Positions 18,123-27,920 of a stretch of DNA of 64,000 bases are shown here, one piece after another. Every line of letters begins with the position of its first letter. Within the stretch, counting starts at the first letter, position 1. Source of the DNA: Candidatus Microgenomates bacterium (GTDB taxonomy: Bacteria > Patescibacteriota > Microgenomatia > UBA8517). The position numbers and the translations under genes are program-made. Where the stretch lies: NCBI GenBank assembly GCA_049519355.1, contig JBEKQV010000001.1, positions 220,491 through 284,490 on the forward strand, in the 5' to 3' direction. The notes below the pieces were generated by a model. The model had not been told where the DNA came from. It saw only the letters and a list, made by a program, of their open reading frames with translations, and made no database searches.

Positions 18123-18749
18123 TTAGCTTTCAGGTATCGGGATTGGCTGCATAATTCCACTCATTGATTTGGCCTGTTCTTTACCTTCTTCTTTCTCCGA
18201 TTTTCCGGGTTTCCAAACTTCTATCTCTTTCGTGACATGACCCGAAGGTTCCGTCAGAACTTTAGCTCTCAAAAAGGTCCTAGCAAAATTTGTTGCATCA
18301 AGTTGAGTCTTAAACATATAAGGTATTAAACGAACTTCTGAAAATTCTGTACCCCCTTTACCGCTGGATCCTTCATTCGCTATATAGATAAATGGCAAAC
18401 CCCATTTTTTGTCCTTCTCAGTTGAAATCCAGCAGTAAGTTCTTCTTATTCTTTCTGAGCCATCAGCTGTCAATGTCGAACTACTTTTTTCAACGACAAT
18501 TGAATCTAAAGCAAATGGTTCGGCACCAAAATTAAAACTTTCACCATCTCTTTTATAATCCCTTACTTTAGTCCAAGAGGTTTCGGTCGCATCTTGTCTT
18601 CCAGTAACATTCTTACCCATAAATTCCCTAAAAGCTCGAATTCTCCTCTCAGCCGTAACTCTAAGCGAATCTATTTTGTCCAACTTTTCCGTTGCAGGCC
18701 AACCATGCCGAGATATTTCCGAGCGTATAACAGAGCTTACTTCAACCAT
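18123..18749 (-). CDS. Hypothetical protein
   Basis: 208 aa ORF filling the gap, with TATATT 6 nt before the ATG; no recognisable motif. Confidence 0.7.
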   Translation of the reverse strand: MVEVSSVIRSEISRHGWPATEKLDKIDSLRVTAERRIRAFREFMGKNVTGRQDATETSWTKVRDYKRDGESFNFGAEPFALDSIVVEKSSSTLTADGSERIRRTYCWISTEKDKKWGLPFIYIANEGSSGKGGTEFSEVRLIPYMFKTQLDATNFARTFLRAKVLTEPSGHVTKEIEVWKPGKSEKEEGKEQAKSMSGIMQPIPIPES

Positions 18750-18799
18750 ATTTCAAATATACACCAAAGCCAATTTGTTTGAATGTATAATACAAATTA

Positions 18800-19744
18800 A
18801 TGAATAACTTAGATAAAATCGCTACGCACCCTTTGCAAACCTCGGCCTGGGAGGAATTTCGTCGGGAGTGGGGGAACGAGATACTTGAAACGAAATATGG
18901 AATTTTGACTCTTCACAAAATCCCCCATACGAACTACAAAATTGCTATGTTTGAAAAAGGACCAATTCCAACTAAAGAGATGCTAATGGACCTGAAAAAA
19001 ATTGGCCACGAAAATAATTTGATTTTTATTAAACTCGAACCAAATTGTCCCAAAAGCGACAAACTCGTTAAGTTAATGCAGTCCGAAGGAGCAATTCATG
19101 GCCGCAGACTTTTCACCCCGACAACTTTTTGGATTGACCTAACCCCAAGCGAAGAAAACTTGATGAAAAGTTTCTCAAGTAAAACCCGCTACAATATCCA
19201 CCTTGCAGAAAGAAAAGGAGTTATTATAAAAGAAGATAGCTCCGACAAAGCCTTCGATAGGTACCTGGAATTAACACGCGAAACAATAGCAAGACAGGGT
19301 TTTTATGCCCATTCCGAAAGGTATCACCGCCTAATGTGGAAGATTCTTAGAAAAGCCAGAATCGCTCATCTAATGACCGCCACATATGAAGGAGAAATTA
19401 TTACCACCTGGATCCTTTTCGCCTGGAAAAAATTTCTTTACTATCCTTATGGCGCTTCAACCGAAAAACATAAAGAAGTTATGGCCAATAATTTAATGAT
19501 GTGGGAAGCCATAAGATTCGGCAAAAAATTAGGACTTACCACCTTCGACCTTTGGGGAAGGGAAGAGGGTAAAGGATTTACTAAATTCAAAGAAGGTTAT
19601 AACCCTAAAGTAATTGAATTCCTAGGAACATGGGACCTGATTATAAATAAACCGCTTTACGCTTTTTATAAAATCGGCGAATGGATCCGGTGGCCATCAT
19701 TAAAGTTGGCAGCTCAATTCGGACTCTCAAAACACAGATTTTAA
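18800..19744 (+). CDS. FemABX-family peptidoglycan bridge peptidyltransferase
   Basis: HPLQTSAW, FIKLEP, KTRYNI, YYPYGAS, MWEAIR, FDLWG and GFTKFKEGY. Confidence 0.9.
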   Translation: MNNLDKIATHPLQTSAWEEFRREWGNEILETKYGILTLHKIPHTNYKIAMFEKGPIPTKEMLMDLKKIGHENNLIFIKLEPNCPKSDKLVKLMQSEGAIHGRRLFTPTTFWIDLTPSEENLMKSFSSKTRYNIHLAERKGVIIKEDSSDKAFDRYLELTRETIARQGFYAHSERYHRLMWKILRKARIAHLMTATYEGEIITTWILFAWKKFLYYPYGASTEKHKEVMANNLMMWEAIRFGKKLGLTTFDLWGREEGKGFTKFKEGYNPKVIEFLGTWDLIINKPLYAFYKIGEWIRWPSLKLAAQFGLSKHRF

Positions 19745-19747
19745 ATT

Positions 19748-20581
19748 ATGGCAGATATCCGCCAATCCATCCATTTTGCCAATTATCTCAAAAGACAAGG
19801 CTGGACGGTAGAAAGAATCGGGGAAATCAACTACTTCATCAAAAAATTTCCCATTATTGGATCAATTCTAAAAGTTCAGCGGCCCGAAGAAATACAAATT
19901 GATATAGTACGCAAATTAATCCGAAAATACCGCATATTCCAGATAATTATTGAACCAAAAACCGAACTAGATGCCAAGTTCCTGGCCTCTATTGGCTTCA
20001 GACTGAGTAAATCGCCATACCTGCCATCAAAAACCCTCCAAATTGACCTGACACAACCCCGAAAAAAGATTTTTGCTCACATTAAGAAAGACGCTAGGTA
20101 TTCCATTAAAAGGGGAGAGTCATTATTAATTAAGTCCTATTCGACCCCCGATGAAATCAGAACGTGGCGTGAGGCGTGGAAAAATTCGGTTAATTATAAA
20201 AGATATGTGCCGCCGGTCCAACAATTAATTAATCTACGCAAAAGTTTTCCCAGCACTTACTCCCTTTTCCTTGCGTCGCACAATATATCTGGCAGAATTA
20301 TAGGTGGAGTGCTTTTCACGCGTTCTTCACACGACTTTGCATATTATTGGTACGGATTTACAAATTCCGAAGGGCGCACTTCCCTCGCCCAGTATTCACT
20401 CCTCTATCAGGGAATACTATGGGCTGAAAAGATGGGTTGTAAGATTTTTGACTTTGAAGGAGTCTATGATTCCCGCTTCCCCAACAAAAGCTGGCTAGGT
20501 TTTTCTCACTTCAAACGCTCTTTTGGTGGATACGAAGTTGAATATCCCGGGTGTTTCATTCAGAATAGACTTCCTATATGA
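19748..20581 (+). CDS. Second, divergent FemABX/GNAT-family protein
   Basis: DIRQS, TLQIDL, ARYSIKR, FDFEG and GFSHFKRSFGG. Confidence 0.85.
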   Translation: MADIRQSIHFANYLKRQGWTVERIGEINYFIKKFPIIGSILKVQRPEEIQIDIVRKLIRKYRIFQIIIEPKTELDAKFLASIGFRLSKSPYLPSKTLQIDLTQPRKKIFAHIKKDARYSIKRGESLLIKSYSTPDEIRTWREAWKNSVNYKRYVPPVQQLINLRKSFPSTYSLFLASHNISGRIIGGVLFTRSSHDFAYYWYGFTNSEGRTSLAQYSLLYQGILWAEKMGCKIFDFEGVYDSRFPNKSWLGFSHFKRSFGGYEVEYPGCFIQNRLPI

Positions 20582-20838
20582 AAATACGTAAGAAAACCTG
20601 GAATGACGCATTTGAAAAAATACTTTCCGGAGAAAAAACTTTTGATGCCCGCTTAGCCAACTTTGATTGCAAACCCGGCGATATTTTAATTTTGGAGGAA
20701 TATGATCCAAAGTTAAAGAAATATACGGGTAGAAAAATCGAAAAAGAAGTTACCTTTGTCCTAAACACTAAGGAGCAAAAATACTGGTCTCAAAGCGACA
20801 TAGCAAAAACCGGCCTTCAAATAATTGGGTTTAAATAA
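20578..20838 (+). CDS. ASCH/PUA-like (DUF3850-type) protein
   Basis: FEKILSGEKTFDAR...PGDILILEEYDP...YTGR. Confidence 0.85.
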   Translation: MKIRKKTWNDAFEKILSGEKTFDARLANFDCKPGDILILEEYDPKLKKYTGRKIEKEVTFVLNTKEQKYWSQSDIAKTGLQIIGFK

Positions 20839-23706
20839 TTAATCGCTTTTGCAAAATAGTGAGAACTCACAACCCACTTTGCAAAACATATGGCCGCTAC
20901 ACTCAAAGTCCGACTTTTCTATTTCATCACGTACTTCAAATATTTTCTTCGCCGCTTCTTCCAATTGCTTGGCCGTACGCGTTGTAGAAAGTTTTTGCTG
21001 TTGATCCAAATAATATAGAGAGAGTTTGATTTTATCCGGAGCTTTTCCGAACGGCGGCGACGGGATTTTTGTTGCGGCTAAAGCGTAAAAACTTAATTGT
21101 AGGTTTTTATCGACTTCTCTTTGCGACGGAATTGTTGCGCCGGTTTTATAATCAATAATTTCAATTTCCCCGCCACCGATATCATCAACTCTGTCAAGTC
21201 TTCCACCGATTTTCAGATCTTTGCCTAAAGGAACCGTAAACGGCTGTTCCAAAGCAATAGCTGGAATCTTAGGATTAAATCCCTGTTTTAAAAATCCCGA
21301 AAGGTAAAGTTTTCCCTTTCCAAAAAAATCTTCCTCATGTTTTTTGCTTATATAACCCTCACTAACCCAGTTTGTCTCAAGTAAATCGTAAAGCAATTTA
21401 TCTGTTGGTTTCTTACCTGATGCAACTTCTTCAAAAAAGTTTTTAAGTACACCGTGCATTGCAGTCCCAAAACTTTGCGATGCGGAAGGAGGCGTCGGAA
21501 CTTTATAAACATAGTGAAGTTTGTAATGCATCGGACAAGTTTGGAAAGTTTCTATTTGAGAGTAGGATAGGTAATCAATGTGTAACGATTGTTTCTTGGT
21601 GGAACTTACCGAATCGACAGGTTTGTAGTCAAGAAAAGATAATTGGTCAACCTTTATGGAAGGTTTCTCTTTTAATGCAGTCTTTTCCCCTAAGGCTTCA
21701 AAAATAAACGGCGAAAGTTTCTTTTCGCGTTTACCTTCTCCATAATAATCCGCGGCGGTAAATATTAACTTTTCTTTTGCCCGGGTCATTCCGACATAAA
21801 ATAGTCTACGCTCTTCTTCGGTGTGATAATCCCCTACCGGCAAAACTTCTTTTATAAGTTTATCGGGAATCGGAATCTGTTCACGCCGCTCCATACTGGG
21901 AAATCTTTGCCCGACTAAATTTACAATGAACACCACCGGAAACTCCAATCCCTTAGCGGAATGTACTGTCAAAATATTTACCGCGTTTATATCACTCCAG
22001 TCGCTGTCCGTTGCCAATGGACTTTCTCCAAGTTCCATGGAAAGATTTAACCAATCAACAACAGCAGCAACAGAAGCATCTTCGTGAGAGGCTTCATAAC
22101 TCTTTAACTTGTCAAAAAGTTTAGAAATATTTTTGGCTCTATTCTCTGCCTCGACCGATTCGGGAGATAAAAGCTTCTGTAATAGCCCCGTAGTTTCCAA
22201 GAAAGAATAAAGAAGCTGTCCTGCCGATTCTTTGGAAACCTTATCAAATTGTTTGTTAATAATATCCGTTAAACTCTTAACTTTCTCGCTACCAATTTTT
22301 TCCGCCGCCTCAAATAAACTAACATTATTTTTTCTGGCATAATTCCCCAGTTCGGCAAGTTCCCTCCCTGCAATTTCAAAATGATCAATGCAAAGGAGAC
22401 GGTAAAAAGAAACTGAATCGGTAAAATCATAAAGAACTTTAAGGTAGGAAATTAAATCAATTATTTCCGGTTGTTTAAAAAGTCGGCCCGGTCCCAAAAA
22501 CTGGTATGGAATCCCATTTCTTCCAAGTGCTCTCATGATCGGTTCCGAATGGTTATTGGCACGGACTAAGACAGCGAAATCTTTATACAAATATTTTTCC
22601 TCCTTTTGAAGTTCCAATATTCTTTTTGCAATTCTGTCGGATTCGTTTTCGACCCTGTCTGAATGAATAAATTCGATTTCCTTACCGTCCTTAGTTATTT
22701 GAGACTTAAGACTTTTATCAATCTTCTCAACTACTTCTAATCTGTCGGGGTTGTTGTGTTCAATCAGATCATGACTTCTATCCAAAATTTCCTGAGTACT
22801 TCTATAATTCTTTGTTAAAACAATAACTTTTGTTTTGGGAAAACTTTTTCTGAATAAAATAATGTTGCTTACTGCCGCTCCTCTAAATTTGTAAACGCTT
22901 TGGTCGTCATCCCCCACTACATTTATGTTCCCGTTTTTACCTACCAAAAGTTTTATCAACTCATTTTGGGCATAGTTGGTATCTTGGAATTCATCAACAA
23001 GCAAATATTTAAACTGTTTTTGATATTCCCTAAGAATGTTTGGTCTGTCTCTAAAAAGTTTTAAGGTTTTAACTATCACATCACCAAAATCCATCATGCC
23101 CTCCCTGACTTTTATTTCATCGTATGCCTTGTAGGCTTTAGAAAGCTCACGCCATTTGTCAATTTCGATTTTTTCTTCAGGCACCACCACTTTTTGCTTC
23201 TTTACCCAGGCTTCATATTCGGTAGGAGAAACGTCTTCATCCTGAAGACGCGAAAAGTGTTGAAGCATTCCGCTCAAAAATTTATCGGGATTCCCAAGCG
23301 GTCGAAAATAATTTAGATCAAGTTTAAAAAGATTTTTTCGAAGCAGCTGTACCGACTCCGCCTCCGACATTAATATGTATTTCGGATCAAGCCCGATATG
23401 AAGTGCTTCGCGACGCAATATCTTGTCACAGAAAGAATGAAAGGTCATTATCCACATTTGTGTATAACCGTAAGGCATGGCAATATCTACCCGCTCCTCC
23501 ATTTCCCTTGCCGCTTTTTCCGTAAATGTTAGGGCCAAAATTTCCGAAGTTTTTGCCTTTTTGGAAAAAATTAAATACTTTATGCGCTCAGTTATAACTG
23601 TGGTTTTTCCGGTTCCCGCCCCAGCAATAATAAGAAGTGACCCCGGCCCAAATTTAATTGCGTCCTGTTGCTCTTTGTTTAACCTGAGATTTGAAGTTTT
23701 ATCCAC
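20839..23706 (-). CDS. UvrD-like SF1 helicase fused to C-terminal RecB/PD-(D/E)XK nuclease
   Basis: AGAGTGKT, VDEFQD, TVHSAKGLEF and EEERRLFYVGMTRA; then LSYSQIETFQTCP, GRLDRVD, IIDYKTG, QLSFY and a terminal Cys cluster. GTG start. Confidence 0.93.
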   Translation of the reverse strand: MDKTSNLRLNKEQQDAIKFGPGSLLIIAGAGTGKTTVITERIKYLIFSKKAKTSEILALTFTEKAAREMEERVDIAMPYGYTQMWIMTFHSFCDKILRREALHIGLDPKYILMSEAESVQLLRKNLFKLDLNYFRPLGNPDKFLSGMLQHFSRLQDEDVSPTEYEAWVKKQKVVVPEEKIEIDKWRELSKAYKAYDEIKVREGMMDFGDVIVKTLKLFRDRPNILREYQKQFKYLLVDEFQDTNYAQNELIKLLVGKNGNINVVGDDDQSVYKFRGAAVSNIILFRKSFPKTKVIVLTKNYRSTQEILDRSHDLIEHNNPDRLEVVEKIDKSLKSQITKDGKEIEFIHSDRVENESDRIAKRILELQKEEKYLYKDFAVLVRANNHSEPIMRALGRNGIPYQFLGPGRLFKQPEIIDLISYLKVLYDFTDSVSFYRLLCIDHFEIAGRELAELGNYARKNNVSLFEAAEKIGSEKVKSLTDIINKQFDKVSKESAGQLLYSFLETTGLLQKLLSPESVEAENRAKNISKLFDKLKSYEASHEDASVAAVVDWLNLSMELGESPLATDSDWSDINAVNILTVHSAKGLEFPVVFIVNLVGQRFPSMERREQIPIPDKLIKEVLPVGDYHTEEERRLFYVGMTRAKEKLIFTAADYYGEGKREKKLSPFIFEALGEKTALKEKPSIKVDQLSFLDYKPVDSVSSTKKQSLHIDYLSYSQIETFQTCPMHYKLHYVYKVPTPPSASQSFGTAMHGVLKNFFEEVASGKKPTDKLLYDLLETNWVSEGYISKKHEEDFFGKGKLYLSGFLKQGFNPKIPAIALEQPFTVPLGKDLKIGGRLDRVDDIGGGEIEIIDYKTGATIPSQREVDKNLQLSFYALAATKIPSPPFGKAPDKIKLSLYYLDQQQKLSTTRTAKQLEEAAKKIFEVRDEIEKSDFECSGHMFCKVGCEFSLFCKSD

Positions 23707-23710
23707 GAAG

Positions 23711-24703
23711 CTATTCTAACACTTTCTTTTTCTCAACACCGCTTCCTAAATTTTGCGTAGAACTAATTTTTTGACCCAGATTGGCAAAAGATGTAGAAAC
23801 ATTCCCCATCGTATTATGTGCATTCGTTAAATGCTTCTGCAAAACACCCAAGTTTTCCTCAACTTTGCCGTAATCGGATTTTATGGCCCTGAGGGATGCT
23901 AGGATTTCTTTTGCCTGGTCTTCAATCTTCTGCCCCTCAAAACTCATTAGGATTGCTTTAAGGTATGCGTAAAAAGTTGTCGGGGAAACCGGGAGAACTC
24001 GCTGCTCTCCCGCATAGTCAAAAAGTGCCTGGTTATTTACAATCTCGTAGTAAATCGATTCTGAAGGAATATACATCAAGGCATAATCGATTGTCCCCTC
24101 TTCCGTCAGAATATATTTTCTGGCAATGTCATCAATATGTTTTTTAACATCGCGTTCGAAGTCTTTGGCTGCAATTTTTTTGGAAGATTCATCCCCCTCC
24201 CCCGACATCTTTCTGAAGTTTTCCATCGGGAATTTGGAATCAACTGGAATAATGCCGCCTGAAGTTTTTATAGCAGCATCAACTTTTTCCCCAGATTTAA
24301 ATGTATATTGAAGATTAAAAGATTCCTTGGGCAAAAACTGCTTAAGCAGTTCCTTCAAAACTTGTTCGCCAATATTTCCCCTGAGTTTTGGAGAACTTAA
24401 AAATTCCTGCAGGTCTTTCATTCCCCGTCCGATTTCAGAAAATTCTCCGATATTTTTCTGCACGCCAGAAATAACTCTTGCCGCATTATCAAGCCGTTCG
24501 TTTAAATTCCTCGTTGACTCGGAAAGGGTGCGTGTAAAGTTTTTGTTTTGTTCATCAAGCCGTGTATTGGTTGTCTTCAAATATTCAAGAAGTTCGTCGG
24601 AAGGTTTTTGTGCATCCTTCAAATCGGTTAATTTCTTGTTGATAAAAACGGCTACAATAACCAAAGCCGCCAGGACTATAATTAGGATAATTACGGGGTC
24701 CAT
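23711..24703 (-). CDS. rmuC: DNA recombination protein RmuC
   Basis: PKLRGNIGE, VDSKFP, HIDDIARKYI, ALMYIPSE and VSPTT. Start moved to MDPVIIL. Confidence 0.93.
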   Translation of the reverse strand: MDPVIILIIVLAALVIVAVFINKKLTDLKDAQKPSDELLEYLKTTNTRLDEQNKNFTRTLSESTRNLNERLDNAARVISGVQKNIGEFSEIGRGMKDLQEFLSSPKLRGNIGEQVLKELLKQFLPKESFNLQYTFKSGEKVDAAIKTSGGIIPVDSKFPMENFRKMSGEGDESSKKIAAKDFERDVKKHIDDIARKYILTEEGTIDYALMYIPSESIYYEIVNNQALFDYAGEQRVLPVSPTTFYAYLKAILMSFEGQKIEDQAKEILASLRAIKSDYGKVEENLGVLQKHLTNAHNTMGNVSTSFANLGQKISSTQNLGSGVEKKKVLE

Positions 24704-24730
24704 ATTCAAAGGTATTGTAGCATAGGGAAA

Positions 24731-25066
24731 ATGAAAAAGAATTCGCACAAACAACAAATTTTAAAAAGAAAAAACTTTTTGCCAACCCTCCTATTAACAA
24801 TTTTTCTTTGGGGACTCCTAGCCGGGCTTATTTATTTTATCGACCCTGCTTCCTTTGGCGTGGTTCCGCTTTTCTTTATTCTTGTTTTTTTCTGCCTTCT
24901 TTTTACCTTCTCGTTAATTTTTGCCAATAGCCGGAGGGGAATGGTGGCAACAGTTGCAACAACTTTTTTCCTTTTTCTTACATATCTGGGCGTAGGAAAC
25001 ATCCTTAATTTGATTCTCATCCTTGCAATTGCTCTCTGCATCGAGTTATATTTCAGCTTGAAATGA
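24731..25066 (+). CDS. Hypothetical 4-TM membrane protein
   Basis: Hydrophobic 111 aa ORF; ATGA overlap with the next gene. Confidence 0.75.
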   Translation: MKKNSHKQQILKRKNFLPTLLLTIFLWGLLAGLIYFIDPASFGVVPLFFILVFFCLLFTFSLIFANSRRGMVATVATTFFLFLTYLGVGNILNLILILAIALCIELYFSLK

Positions 25067-25401
25067 ATTCCTCACTAAAACGGCAACTACTCCGGACTTT
25101 TGCTCAAATGATGGACGATTTGAAAGATAAAAAAGAAATTGAAAAATTTTTGACGGATTTTTTTGATGACGCGGAGCTTGAAAAATACATTAAGAGGTTA
25201 GCAATTGCTTACTGGCTAAAAAAGGGCAGGGACAATGAAAACATCAAAAGAAATTTAAAGGCAACCCCCAAAGAAATCTCTGAAGCACAAAAATCTCTCA
25301 AGAAAGATGGAATCAAACTCGCACTCAAAAAAATCGAGGCGGAAGAATGGGCTAATCAATGGAGTGAAAAAATCAAAAATATTACGAAAACTAATAAATA
25401 G
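25063..25401 (+). CDS. TrpR/YerC-YecD-like helix-turn-helix protein
   Basis: FLTDFFDDAELEKYIKRLAIAYWLKKG resembles the TrpR-family helix pattern. Confidence 0.7.
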   Translation: MNSSLKRQLLRTFAQMMDDLKDKKEIEKFLTDFFDDAELEKYIKRLAIAYWLKKGRDNENIKRNLKATPKEISEAQKSLKKDGIKLALKKIEAEEWANQWSEKIKNITKTNK

Positions 25402-26476
25402 CTCGCTAATCATAATCCTGGTCGTTCTTTTTACCAAGATATCTCTTTTACAAAGAATCTTTTTCCAAAAAACTCCACTCTACGATTTTGATTTGTATTA
25501 TTCTCTTATCAACAGTATAAAACACGGAATTAACCCCTATTCGCCGGGTCTGACTTTTTCTCTTGGGCCACCGTTGGTTTTTTTATATTTTTTCCCTTTT
25601 TCTTTTCTTGCGTTAGAAAAAGCAAGAGTGGTAGCAACCTTAATAAACATTACCTCAGGATTCGTTCTTTGTTTCTTGCTTGCGAAAAAGTTTAACAAAA
25701 AATATTTATTAACCACATTTCTTGTCCTGGTTATTGTGTTCTTCTCCGCCTTTTTGCCACGATATTCCCTGGGGATGGGACAACCGTCTATTCTACTCAC
25801 ATTGTTTATCACCTACATAATTTGCAGCAAAAACAGTGTTTTGAAAGGAATATCTTTAGCTATTGCTTCTTCTTTGAAAACAATCTTACTTTTCCCAATT
25901 TTGGCATTTATCAAAAACAAGAAGTTCCTTATTGTCTTTCTATTAACACTGGTCCTATTAACACTTCTGTCATTAACTTTTATCAAGGTGGATTGGTATA
26001 AATATTATTTTCAAAATATATTTATCAGTCTTAATAATTCACCATTAGCCTCTTCCGGGATAGACTCTTACAACCAATCTTTAAAAAGCACCCTTTTTAG
26101 ATTTGGACTATTTGATTTATACAAAATAATATTTATCCCGGTATTAATCATCGCCTCTTTATTTATTGCCATTACCGCCAATTTCGAATTGTCTGTCATA
26201 ACCGCAATACTCCTTTCCCCTATTTCCTGGCAACACTACTTCGTCGTTTTATTCCCAATCTTTGTTGCCGCCGTTTTTAAAATGAAGTGGAATTTTAAAA
26301 ATTTATCAATATTTACCGTTTCGTTCATTTTGTGGTTTGTCCAATTTCCCTGGCTTAATTCTTCAAAGGTAGGTTTAGTAACCAGTATTCTTGCCTCACA
26401 CTTCTTTATTTCGGGTCTCATGCTTTTTTACCTCATCTGGAATAACAGAAATACGAAACTAGGCAAGAAGGACTAG
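25364..26476 (+). CDS. GT87/DUF2029-like mannosyltransferase-type membrane protein
   Basis: DFDLYY, INPY, GPPL, GQPS, NQSL and LLSPISWQHY. Start uncertain (ATG 25307 or GTG 25364). Confidence 0.8.
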   Translation: MKKSKILRKLINSSLIIILVVLFTKISLLQRIFFQKTPLYDFDLYYSLINSIKHGINPYSPGLTFSLGPPLVFLYFFPFSFLALEKARVVATLINITSGFVLCFLLAKKFNKKYLLTTFLVLVIVFFSAFLPRYSLGMGQPSILLTLFITYIICSKNSVLKGISLAIASSLKTILLFPILAFIKNKKFLIVFLLTLVLLTLLSLTFIKVDWYKYYFQNIFISLNNSPLASSGIDSYNQSLKSTLFRFGLFDLYKIIFIPVLIIASLFIAITANFELSVITAILLSPISWQHYFVVLFPIFVAAVFKMKWNFKNLSIFTVSFILWFVQFPWLNSSKVGLVTSILASHFFISGLMLFYLIWNNRNTKLGKKD

Positions 26477-26494
26477 CCACAGTATAATAGTGGC

Positions 26495-27910
26495 ATGGCA
26501 GACAAATTCTATATAACCACCACCCTTCCCTATGTTAACGCTGAGCCGCACATTGGCTTTGCTTTGGAAATTGTGCAGGCAGATGCAATTGCCAGATTCC
26601 ATGGACTTTCCGGAGAGGAAATATTTTTTAACTTTGGCACCGACGAGCACGGCCAAAAAATATACCAAAAAGCCAAAGAGCTGGGACGTGACCCCCAGGA
26701 ATATTGTGATGAATACGCCGCAAAATTTGACGAGCTTAAAACCGCTCTTAATCTAAGCTACAACCACTTTATCCGTACAACCGATCCGCATCACATTGCC
26801 GCGGCACAAGAATTCTGGAAATTATGCGATAAAAATGGAGATATTTATAAAAAACTCTATAAAACCAAATATTGCGTCGGCTGTGAGTTGGAAAAAACCG
26901 ATTCCGAACTTGTCGATGGTCATTGTCCGCTCCATCCCAAACTCGAAATCGAAATTATCGAGGAGGAAAACTATTTCTTCAAATTTAGTAAATACGAAAA
27001 AGTCCTATTAGATTTTTATGAAAAAAATCCGGACTTCGTGATCCCGTCCGGCAAATTTAACGAAATAAAGACTTTTGTCAAAGACGGCTTGCAGGATTTT
27101 TCGATTTCCCGTCTCAAAAGCAAGATGCCATGGGGAATTGATGTCCCCGGGGATGATACTCACGTAATGTACGTTTGGTTTGACGCTCTTATTAATTACA
27201 TTTCAACTTTGGGTTGGCCCGGAGACAAAAAGACGTTTACCGACTTTTGGCCGGGAGTTCAGGTTGCGGGAAAGGACAATTTACGCCAACAAACGGCAAT
27301 TTGGCAAGCGATGCTTCTATCCGCCGGACTCCCGAATTCAAAACAAGTATTTATTCACGGATTTATTACCGTTAACGGACAAAAAATAAGTAAAAGTCTG
27401 GGGAACACTATTAATCCGGTTAGCGTAACCGAAAAATACGGAACCGACGCTCTCCGTTATTATCTTTTGGCCAAAATTAATCCTTATGAAGATTCCGATT
27501 TCACTTTTGAAAAATTTGAGAATGCCTATTCCGGCGAGCTTGCCGACGGACTTGGGAATCTCGTTTCCCGAACTGCCAAACTTTGCGAAAATTCCGGTTT
27601 TGAATTTGCCCCAACCAAGGTTACCTTAGATAAAAATATTGAAAATGCGTTAAAGGAATATAAATTCGATGTAGCATTAAAAACCATTTGGGAAGAGGTT
27701 GGTGAAACCGACCAATTTATAAACAAGGAAGAACCTTGGACTCTCAAAGGAGAGGAACTCAAAAAAGTATTAACTCACCTTGTTGACCATCTACGTTCGA
27801 TCGCATACAACTTAAAACCGTTTCTTCCGAAAACTGCAGAAAAAATCGAAAGACAATTCGGTTCGGCGAAAATTAAAGCAGGATCCCCGCTTTTCCCCCG
27901 TTTGAGTTAA
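26495..27910 (+). CDS. metG: Methionine--tRNA ligase (short form, no C-terminal tRNA-binding domain)
   Basis: YITTTLPYVN, HIGF, GTDEHGQK, YVWFDAL and KISKSLGN. Confidence 0.97.
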   Translation: MADKFYITTTLPYVNAEPHIGFALEIVQADAIARFHGLSGEEIFFNFGTDEHGQKIYQKAKELGRDPQEYCDEYAAKFDELKTALNLSYNHFIRTTDPHHIAAAQEFWKLCDKNGDIYKKLYKTKYCVGCELEKTDSELVDGHCPLHPKLEIEIIEEENYFFKFSKYEKVLLDFYEKNPDFVIPSGKFNEIKTFVKDGLQDFSISRLKSKMPWGIDVPGDDTHVMYVWFDALINYISTLGWPGDKKTFTDFWPGVQVAGKDNLRQQTAIWQAMLLSAGLPNSKQVFIHGFITVNGQKISKSLGNTINPVSVTEKYGTDALRYYLLAKINPYEDSDFTFEKFENAYSGELADGLGNLVSRTAKLCENSGFEFAPTKVTLDKNIENALKEYKFDVALKTIWEEVGETDQFINKEEPWTLKGEELKKVLTHLVDHLRSIAYNLKPFLPKTAEKIERQFGSAKIKAGSPLFPRLS

Positions 27911-27920
27911 AATACAAGCT

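Noticed and set aside
20839-21600. Cas4-like nuclease suggesting a CRISPR locus
   Set aside because: It is the C-terminal domain of a UvrD-like helicase; no repeat-spacer array or other cas genes were seen.
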